Under the pieces are notes generated by a model, which made no database searches, had not been told where the DNA came from, and worked only from the letters and a program-made list of their open reading frames with translations. DNA of 64,000 nt. It comes from an uncultured Candidatus Saccharibacteria bacterium (GTDB lineage: Bacteria > Patescibacteriota > Minisyncoccia > Phycocordibacterales > UBA918). Both the position numbers and the translations under genes were made by a program. This document shows positions 57,801 through 64,000 of the stretch, in pieces. Every line of letters starts with the position of its first letter. Position 1 is the stretch's first letter. The DNA lies in assembly GCA_964352875.1 (NCBI GenBank), contig CAYGTP010000002.1, positions 4,244-68,243 of the forward strand, written 5' to 3'.

Positions 57801-57960
57801 CTGGCGCACCTGGGAGTACTGTACTGACAATCCCTACCGGAATCACCACTTCTGGTGAAGATTCTTTTGGAATGGCAATCAAGGTATACATACCAAGTCC
57901 TATGAGTGCAATCAGAAACAAATACGCGAACTTGCTGTTGCGGATAAAAAATTCCCACAT
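54877..57960 (-). CDS. RND-family efflux transporter permease (AcrB-like)
   Basis: 1027 aa; PGA.A..VE, IGILVDSAIVMVE, GIVVNNSILLID, RLRPILLTT. Confidence 0.93.
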   Translation of the reverse strand: MWEFFIRNSKFAYLFLIALIGLGMYTLIAIPKESSPEVVIPVGIVSTVLPGAPAADVESLITNEIERGLTALENVDQITSVSREGVSSVTVEFDANADLDTSIQDLKDEVDKIKQDLPDNAEDPFVSEVNFVDQPILTFAIAGDLSPFAFTELAIDVEREIEKLAGVSRVETGGVQDREVTVIVDQAALLRFGLSLSDITNAIRNANITLPIGQIENNGVAYNVAFEGDITDSAHIANIGITTRGGQPVYIRDIATVVDGLAPASSISRLSVANEPSQNSISFDVYKQTGGDITAIARGINDRLAELQEPNQLLENLTVLTVLDAGEQIEKDLVRLSSSGLQTVLLVVLLLVIAIGWREGLLAGAAIPLSFLFGFIGLYFSGNTINFLSLFSLILGIGILVDSAIVMVEGINRKMKDNPTIDKQQAAIETIQEFKAPLISGTLTTVSMFVGLFIVSGVIGQFIASIPFTLIFLLFASMFVALAIIPLLAAGFLRRRSETKLEQRQTEYSRQLESWYRKQLDKILNNKKAERIFLWGIRLALVAALILPAVGIVKVVFFEQGDVDFIIVEVENPEGTVKEITDIGARRVEEILYEAPDIESFTVTVGSGSQFGGGGSGEKLANMFVSLRDDRTRTSTEIVEDLRLAMASIRDIKVTVNQPSDGPPTGAAIIVKFLGDDLTEITRFANESAEIFKSTPNITNVESSTNNNNTEFVLELDRAKATALGLNPFTISQIARTAVFGTDATSLTTLNEDIDVVVKLNVDNNRIVTSDTTNQASIGSLSRISIPTPTGNEVPLSSLVNISLRESSSVINHEDSKRVVTVTADVTADGNAREAQAAAMARITSELAIPDDVEISTGGGETDESNQAFIEMLLALLVGIGLMVGVLTLQFNSYRYTIYVLSILPYSLIGIMIGLAITQNPLSFPSIMGFIALSGIVVNNSILLIDMMNQMRAKNPLRPIREVVLDAAGNRLRPILLTTATTVIGMVPLTYAGDLWAPLAYAVMFGLIFSVVITLVLIPVAYNRKPG

Positions 57961-57962
57961 AA

Positions 57963-59489
57963 CTATTTTTTACTCATTACTTCCACTGACTGACCGGCTG
58001 AAAGACCACGGACGTCGACAACGAATTCAGTATCTTTATCAATCCCTTCAGTTATAGTTACAAACGAACCAGAAATCGGGCCAATCAAGACGGCTCGAGA
58101 TTCTAATATTCCATCGCTTGAAACGGTAAACATTGAGCCAGCGTCAGCTGTAAACTTAACGGCAGTCAGTGGTACAAGTAACGGAGCGTCGGCTTTTCCT
58201 AATAGCTCGGAATTCTTTAAGGAGACGGTCACCGTGTTGCCAGTTGTTAGGTTGGTGGATTCTGTAGCTACTTTGACTTCTGACTTGAGTGTGACTGGAT
58301 CAACAGCCGGAGCAATGTTGGTCACCACACCGATTTCAGAATCTTCAATCAACACTTCATCTTCGACTGAAATGTTTGCTAGATCGTTTTCGCCAACAAA
58401 AATAGAAATCTCGAGGGCGTCATTGTTGGCAATAATTGCCACTTGTTCAAATGAAGATATGAAATCGCCAGCCTGAACGTCGATCTTATTTACTGTTCCA
58501 GCAATCGGAGTTCTGATAATTGTTTTAGCAAAGTTAGCCTGAGCACTACGAAGGGAGCCGAGCGCTTGTTTAATTTGTGCGTCTGATGCCGAGGAAGAGC
58601 CGCCACTAGCAGCCAATGCAGCCCGTCTGACAGAATCGAGTGCTGAAGTTAATCCGGTAATGGCATTTTCCAAGGCTAGCTGAGTATTTAATATGGTTGT
58701 TCTAATAGCGGTAAAGTCGTTAGTTCTTGAGCTGTTCTCATCCTCTTTAAAGATGATGAGAAACGTATCTACCATATCGAGTATCTCGTCTACATTTTGG
58801 AGACTCGTTCCTAGTGCGTTAGCCAAATCAGAGTCGACCGTTACTCCATCAACATCTGATTTCCAATCAGCCATCATATCACCGACAGCGACTCTTTGTA
58901 TTTCTAACGTGCGAGTAGAACCTTTTCCAGCAATCACTAATTTTGGAGCGGGCGATTGTGGCTGATTAAAGTAACTATCAATATCAGAGACAAGAATATT
59001 ATTGATGGTGTTAAAAGCAGATTTGATTGTAGAAACAGCTGTTGTTTTAGCGTTATTTAAGTTTGTGGCAGATTCATCTACACCAATATCACTCTGTGCT
59101 GCCGCTGCTAACGCTGCTTCGTAGACTCCTTCGGCTTGTAACACAGCGGCAGCTTGGGAAGCATTTTCAAGTTGCGCGATAATAGATCCAGCCGCGACCT
59201 GGTCCCCGAGTGCAACGTTTACCCGCGTCACGCGACCAGATGCTTCACTTTCAATCACTGCTCGGTCGAGAGCTTCAACGGTACCAATAAAGCTAATAGA
59301 AGATTCAGTTGCACTGTTGGCAACAGTCGTAGTCTCGACTAATGGAGTCGTGTCAATTAACACTGGTGACTCAGTTGCACTAGAGCCGCCAAACATTTTT
59401 ACAATTCCAAATGTACTAACAATGATGAGCACAGCGAGTACTGCCAATACAGTACGCATGCCGTACCAGGTATATAATTTCTGTAACAT
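57963..59489 (-). CDS. RND efflux periplasmic adaptor (MFP) subunit
   Basis: SGRVTRVNVALGDQV lipoyl-like half, long coiled coil, IRTPIAGTV, VPLTAV; start taken at MLQK. Confidence 0.88.
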   Translation of the reverse strand: MLQKLYTWYGMRTVLAVLAVLIIVSTFGIVKMFGGSSATESPVLIDTTPLVETTTVANSATESSISFIGTVEALDRAVIESEASGRVTRVNVALGDQVAAGSIIAQLENASQAAAVLQAEGVYEAALAAAAQSDIGVDESATNLNNAKTTAVSTIKSAFNTINNILVSDIDSYFNQPQSPAPKLVIAGKGSTRTLEIQRVAVGDMMADWKSDVDGVTVDSDLANALGTSLQNVDEILDMVDTFLIIFKEDENSSRTNDFTAIRTTILNTQLALENAITGLTSALDSVRRAALAASGGSSSASDAQIKQALGSLRSAQANFAKTIIRTPIAGTVNKIDVQAGDFISSFEQVAIIANNDALEISIFVGENDLANISVEDEVLIEDSEIGVVTNIAPAVDPVTLKSEVKVATESTNLTTGNTVTVSLKNSELLGKADAPLLVPLTAVKFTADAGSMFTVSSDGILESRAVLIGPISGSFVTITEGIDKDTEFVVDVRGLSAGQSVEVMSKK

Positions 59490-59590
59490 AAAATAATTTA
59501 ATGGTAGAATAATGCCTAAAAATAAGGGTTTTGTCAATGTCTACACAAGATGCTGCCAAACTACAGACAACCTGATACAATAGCCCAACT

Positions 59591-59905
59591 ATGTTTGGAA
59601 AAATCAAAAATTATGCAATGAAGAAGTTGCTGCAATCGCAACTCAAGAACGTACCCGAAGATCAGCAGCAATTAATTATGGAAATGGTTGAGAAGGATCC
59701 TCAATTGTTTGAAAAAATAGCCAAAGAAATGCAAGCTGAAATGAAGGTCAACGGGAATAACCAAATGGCAGCCGCAATGAAAGTAATGCCTAAATACCAA
59801 AAAGAAATGATGGCCGCCATGAGTCCAGAAATGCAACAAAAACTAGTGCAAATGCAAGCCGGTAGCCAAGGCAAATTTAATCCAAACGGATCCATCAGAC
59901 AGTAA
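59591..59905 (+). CDS. Met/Gln-rich small helical hypothetical protein
   Basis: 104 aa with 14 Met; TGATACAAT box upstream. Confidence 0.75.
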   Translation: MFGKIKNYAMKKLLQSQLKNVPEDQQQLIMEMVEKDPQLFEKIAKEMQAEMKVNGNNQMAAAMKVMPKYQKEMMAAMSPEMQQKLVQMQAGSQGKFNPNGSIRQ

Positions 59906-59910
59906 CTAAT

Positions 59911-59948
59911 AAATACCGCAATTAATTTCGAAATTAATTGCGGTATTT
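59911..59948. repeat. 38-bp perfect palindrome, copy 2 (may act as terminator)
   Basis: AAATACCGCAATTAATTTCGAAATTAATTGCGGTATTT. Confidence 0.85.
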
Positions 59949-60006
59949 GCATTTATCAACACAAAAGGCGAGTCATTGACCCGGCAGTCTCGTATACTGT
60001 ACCCAC

Positions 60007-60585
60007 ATGAGTAAAAAAATCTTAGTACTACTTGGCCATCCTGATCACGAGACGTTTTCTGGAACTGTTGCTGACCGGTATCAGGCAGCAGCGCAAGATG
60101 CTGGACATGAAGTCCGTCGTAAAAATATCGGTCAATTACAATTCGACCCAATTCTCCATAAAGGCTACAAAGAAATCCAGCACCTCGAACCTGATTTAGT
60201 TGCCTTGCAAGAAGACTTTAATTGGGCGGATCACATTTTGATTGTATACCCTAATTGGTGGGTGACGATGCCAGCTATTTTGAAAGGGTTGTTTGACCGG
60301 ATGTGGCTGCCTGGTTTTGCCTTCAACTTTGACAAAACGACCAAACAACTCATTCAACGACTCAAAGGGAAGACAGCGCGCGTGATTATTATATCTGGAA
60401 CGCATAGTCCTTTTCAGACCTGGTGGAAATTTGGCGACTACTACAACGAAATCCAAGAAGGAATTCTTGGCTTCGCCGGTATTAAAACCAGCGTCAAAAC
60501 TATCGGTCCGTGCGAGAAAGTCGACGATACCTGCCGTGAGCGCTGGATGAAAGATGTGGAAAAGCTTGGGCGAAAGGCTTGCTAA
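60007..60585 (+). CDS. NAD(P)H:quinone oxidoreductase (flavodoxin-2 family)
   Basis: ILVLLGHP, WADHILIVYPNWW..PAILKGLFDR..PGFAF, LKGKTA. Confidence 0.9.
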   Translation: MSKKILVLLGHPDHETFSGTVADRYQAAAQDAGHEVRRKNIGQLQFDPILHKGYKEIQHLEPDLVALQEDFNWADHILIVYPNWWVTMPAILKGLFDRMWLPGFAFNFDKTTKQLIQRLKGKTARVIIISGTHSPFQTWWKFGDYYNEIQEGILGFAGIKTSVKTIGPCEKVDDTCRERWMKDVEKLGRKAC

Positions 60586-60611
60586 ACATTACATTTTGGT
60601 GTTAAATCAAA

Positions 60612-60715
60612 CTGCTGTGGGGAGAAGGAGCCCATTGTGCAGCGTCCCTGGTAGGGCCTCACCAACCCTACTCTCGTTCAGACGTCTTTGGGGTTCTTCG
60701 GGACCCCCTTTTTTT
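60612..60715 (+). promoter_or_regulatory. Structured region ending in an intrinsic terminator that abuts the ychF start codon (candidate leader or small RNA)
   Basis: Hairpins 60612-60642 and 60651-60671; GGGGTTC-TTCG-GGACCCC plus T-tract immediately before ATG 60716. Confidence 0.5.
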
Positions 60716-61816
60716 ATGTCACTCTCAGTCGGAATTGTCGGACTCCCTAACGTTGGTAAATCAACGCTTTTTAATGCACTAACAAAGAAATCTGTACCGG
60801 CTGAGAACTATCCGTTTTGTACTATTGATCCTTCGGTAGGAGTAGTGCCCGTGCCAGATTTACGACTACAGACCTTATCTAGTATCTCTGGTTCAGAGGA
60901 TATCATTCCCGCCATTATAGAATTTGTTGATATTGCCGGGTTGGTCAAAGGTGCCTCAACTGGAGAAGGCTTAGGAAATAAATTCCTGTCTAATATCCGC
61001 GAAGTCGATATGATTGCTGAAGTGGTCCGCATCTTTGAAGACGAAGATCTCCACCACGTCGCTGGCGTGGTAGACCCAATGAGTGATATTGAGGTCATTA
61101 ATCTAGAACTGATCATGGCTGATGCTGAAACTGTCTCCAAGCGACTCGGCAACGTCGAGCGTGACGCAAAGCGCGGTGACAAAACAGCAGTAGCTGAACA
61201 CTCCCTCTTGGAACGGCTGCTGCCACACCTCGAAGCAGGTCAACTCGCTCACAAGCTCGATATGAGCGAGGAAGAGCAGCTCATCATCAAAGGCCTCCAT
61301 CTACTCACCATGAAGCGTGTGCTGTATGTCTTAAATAAAAAGACCGGGGCTTACTGCTTTGACGAAAACAATGATGATCGTTGGTACGAACTATTGGAAT
61401 TTTTTGAAAAAACGAACTCAGAATACGTTATTGTTGACGCTGGGGTAGAACACGAACTAAAAGATTTGGCTGAAGACGAGAAAACTGAATTTAGACGAGA
61501 ATACGGCACACTTGATAGTGGGATTAACGAACTCATTAAAGCCAGTTACCGGACACTGGGCTTGATGTCATACTTTACTACTGGGGAGAAGGAGACAAGG
61601 GCCTGGACCGTAAAACAGGGGAGTACTGGTCCTGAAGCCGGGGCAGCGATTCATACTGACTTTAAAGACAAGTATATTCGAGCTCAAGTAGTAACCTTTG
61701 ACGACCTGGTGACTGCTGGCTCACTCGCAAAAGCCCGCGAGACCGGCAAACTTCGTACTGAAGGGAAAGAATATGTTGTACAAGACGGTGATGTGATTGA
61801 GTTTCTCCATAGCTAG
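60716..61816 (+). CDS. ychF: Redox-regulated ATPase YchF (Obg family)
   Basis: [65 protein letters not shown]. Confidence 0.97.
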   Translation: MSLSVGIVGLPNVGKSTLFNALTKKSVPAENYPFCTIDPSVGVVPVPDLRLQTLSSISGSEDIIPAIIEFVDIAGLVKGASTGEGLGNKFLSNIREVDMIAEVVRIFEDEDLHHVAGVVDPMSDIEVINLELIMADAETVSKRLGNVERDAKRGDKTAVAEHSLLERLLPHLEAGQLAHKLDMSEEEQLIIKGLHLLTMKRVLYVLNKKTGAYCFDENNDDRWYELLEFFEKTNSEYVIVDAGVEHELKDLAEDEKTEFRREYGTLDSGINELIKASYRTLGLMSYFTTGEKETRAWTVKQGSTGPEAGAAIHTDFKDKYIRAQVVTFDDLVTAGSLAKARETGKLRTEGKEYVVQDGDVIEFLHS

Positions 61817-61866
61817 TCTCCCCAGACAGTTTTCTATTCTGCAATCTAGAGCGGTAGAATACAGCT

Positions 61867-62409
61867 ATGGAATTTATAGCAAGTGCAGTCATGGCTATAT
61901 GGCTAGCGTTCATCGGTGTATTTGGATTTGGTCCAACTGAGCCCGTAGTAGAGATAGAACCTGCAGAACGTGTCCCCGTCGAAACTGTACCTACGGTCAC
62001 GCCTGAGGTAGCGATACCGACCCCAATCCCAACCAATACCAATGTGCCAGCTCCCGCAGTAGTGACTGCAAAAGAGGTAACACCTAGTTCGTCGGTACCG
62101 GTGCCGGACGTCGCCACAAGCATCACCGCTAACGATGTAGCGCCGATCGAGGTAGAAACAGCTACACCACCGAAAACAATAGAAGAAACAACGGTAGTAC
62201 AAACCACACCTGTACCAATTGAAAACCAAATCGAGTACGAACGAACTGAAGAAACCGAAGCAAGAGCGCAAGATTCCTGTGCTGACGAGATACTTGGGAA
62301 TCGTTGCGATTTTTTCGGAGTCAATGGCGAGAGTTTGGTTGGTACCTGTCAGGCAATAGATACTAGCTTGACGTGTGCACCGAACAACCTGCCGCCACAA
62401 ACTAACTAG
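61867..62409 (+). CDS. Secreted Pro/Thr-rich protein with a small C-terminal four-Cys domain
   Basis: N-terminal hydrophobic helix, PT-rich linker, C-x7-C-x11-C-x8-C; TAGAAT 6 nt upstream. Confidence 0.7.
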   Translation: MEFIASAVMAIWLAFIGVFGFGPTEPVVEIEPAERVPVETVPTVTPEVAIPTPIPTNTNVPAPAVVTAKEVTPSSSVPVPDVATSITANDVAPIEVETATPPKTIEETTVVQTTPVPIENQIEYERTEETEARAQDSCADEILGNRCDFFGVNGESLVGTCQAIDTSLTCAPNNLPPQTN

Positions 62410-62675
62410 CTACCGTTAAGAGGAGGATTAGACCGCTGAACTGGGCTAACGACGTTTGGACTCCACTCTGCAGTGATTTCACCATGCTGTTTTTCGTAGT
62501 TTTCTACGTCATATTGCAACTTTTGCAACAATCGCTTAGCGTGAGCCGGACTAAACGAATACACTTGGGCATTTTGGCCACTTTGTAGTCCAACAATAAA
62601 ATACTCAGGTGAAAATCCTGTGGCCACATTTTCACAAAATAGTTTCGGTGCTTTCTTTAAATCTTCTGGTTTCAT
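62406..62675 (-). CDS. DUF3467-like small protein
   Basis: FCENV..FSPEYF..SPAHAKRLL..L...V..YE..HGEI motif; start at MKPED. Confidence 0.7.
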   Translation of the reverse strand: MKPEDLKKAPKLFCENVATGFSPEYFIVGLQSGQNAQVYSFSPAHAKRLLQKLQYDVENYEKQHGEITAEWSPNVVSPVQRSNPPLNGS

Positions 62676-62733
62676 GTCAGGTATTGTCCCACATTTGTTA
62701 CATTTTTGCCAAAAAAGGCGTATGATTATGTAT

Positions 62734-63636
62734 ATGAATACAACAGCTCGCAACTTCGCGCTTCAGCTCGGTGCTTTGGCGTCGCTCTATCTATCATTAG
62801 CATTTTTACTCGTACTACTGTTTGGTGTCATTAATCTTACGTTTCCTGATGCCACTGACCAATATTGGAACATCGAAAGTGCTGCTTCAAGTGTCCGCTT
62901 AGGCTTTGCGATGGTAATTGTCTTTTTCCCGACCTACCTTATCCTCACTCGGACAGTAAACAAAATCCGTCGTAGTGAAGCTGAAGGAGCATATCTCGGT
63001 TTAACTCGCTGGTTAATCTATCTTTCACTACTCGTCGGTGGTGCGGTACTGCTTGGGGACTTGGTTGCTGTCATTATGGCTTTTCTGGAGGGTGAAATAA
63101 CTCAACGCTTTATTTTTAAAGCTGCGGCAGTACTGCTCGTCACTGGAGCAGCCTTCCACTACTACCTGCTTGATGCCCGAGGGCATTGGATGACAAATGA
63201 GCGACAGTCCATCATATATGGAGTTAGTGCGACTATAATCGTTCTCACATCACTTGGATACAGCATCATGAACGTTGCCGCACCTAGCGAGGTGCGCGAA
63301 TATAAACTTGACAATGAACAAGTCGGCCACTTACAAGACATGCAATGGCGAATCGAAGATTATTACCGTAGTAACGAAGCATTACCAGAAAATCTCGCCA
63401 CCGTATACGGTGCATTTGAGGTACCGACAGCACCAGAAGATCGTGAAACTTATCGCTACGAAATAACCGATGACCAAACCTACGAGCTTTGTGCCACATT
63501 TGCGTTCGATTCGACTGCGGCAGAATTCCAAACACGCTCAATTGCCGCACCTGGTCTCGAGAAAAATTACAACTGGAACTATAAAGCTGGCGACTGGTGC
63601 TTTGAGCGTCAGATTGAGGAAGTGTATAAACAGTAA
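62734..63636 (+). CDS. DUF5671-domain membrane protein
   Basis: NFALQLG..SLY, VFFPTY, RWLIYLSL..GDL..FLEGEITQRF..K, YELCATF, GDWCFER. Confidence 0.78.
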   Translation: MNTTARNFALQLGALASLYLSLAFLLVLLFGVINLTFPDATDQYWNIESAASSVRLGFAMVIVFFPTYLILTRTVNKIRRSEAEGAYLGLTRWLIYLSLLVGGAVLLGDLVAVIMAFLEGEITQRFIFKAAAVLLVTGAAFHYYLLDARGHWMTNERQSIIYGVSATIIVLTSLGYSIMNVAAPSEVREYKLDNEQVGHLQDMQWRIEDYYRSNEALPENLATVYGAFEVPTAPEDRETYRYEITDDQTYELCATFAFDSTAAEFQTRSIAAPGLEKNYNWNYKAGDWCFERQIEEVYKQ

Positions 63637-63677
63637 CGTAGTTAAAAATTTACTTCTCGGAGTTTTGTGGCACACTG

Positions 63678-64000
63678 ATGGTTCATATGCATAAAAAGTT
63701 TGATCACCAGGCGATAGAACAGAGATGGCAACAACAATGGGCAGTTGATGGTATATATGACGTTGGGGAACGCGATCAGAACAAAGAAAAAGAATATGTC
63801 TTAGTGGAATTACCTTACCCCTCTGGGAATCTCCATATCGGCCATTGGTATGCCTTTGCGATTCCTGACATTTACGTACGTTACCGGCGAATGCAAGGAA
63901 AGCAGGTAGCATACCCAATGGGATTTGATGCCTTTGGCCTACCAGCTGAAAACGCAGCTATCAAACACAATGTCAATCCACGGGAATGGACCGAGGGCAA
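63678..64000 (+). CDS. leuS: Leucine--tRNA ligase, 5' partial (not in ORF track)
   Basis: FDHQAIEQRWQQQW..LPYPSGNLHIGHW (HIGH motif)..PMGFDAFGLPAENAAIK; runs off the window; start 63678 or 63687. Confidence 0.93.
   Translation, partial: MVHMHKKFDHQAIEQRWQQQWAVDGIYDVGERDQNKEKEYVLVELPYPSGNLHIGHWYAFAIPDIYVRYRRMQGKQVAYPMGFDAFGLPAENAAIKHNVNPREWTEG

Noticed and set aside
60600-60715. SRP (4.5S) RNA or 6S RNA
   Set aside because: No CAGG..GGAA..AGCAG domain IV motif; too short and branched for the 6S rod

Overview
Gene-dense, mostly + strand 64 kb bacterial window, standard code 11 (TGA is used as stop). Gene content and style point to Patescibacteria/CPR, probably Parcubacteria (Kaiserbacteria-like). 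This is an inference from the cohesin/WxL-like surface proteins, pervasive ASST/ATST motifs, apparently leaderless genes, DUF5671/DUF3467-like proteins and short UvrC. In order: a 12.7 kb cell-surface locus (cohesin-dockerin protein, acidic Thr-rich protein, 2058-aa repeat protein with a WxL-like C-terminus, two DUF916/WxLIP-like partners); a thiol-disulfide cluster (DUF3179, DsbA, TlpA, CcdA); gdhA; AI-2E; CapA; FKBP; tgt; uvrB; a FIST/histidine kinase/double-receiver block; uvrA, a queuosine-precursor transporter and uvrC; UGD-like; ddl; two convergent tRNA-Ala genes (TGC and GGC) around a 3.2 kb accessory islet; a complete, probably Na+-coupled V/A-type ATPase operon; PMM/PGM; a LamG protein; an RND pump; an NAD(P)H:quinone oxidoreductase; ychF; and the 5' part of leuS. 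The most unusual signal is non-coding. Both tRNA-Ala genes are followed by the same architecture: an antisense copy of their own T-arm/acceptor 3' strand split by an A[hairpin]GT insert, then a shared 32-nt hairpin with a compensatory base-pair change, then direct copies of the tRNA 3' end. Several other intergenic regions fold into long G-U-containing or multibranch structures, and some share a short motif with these trailers. All family assignments come from reading motifs by eye; no searches or folding programs were run.
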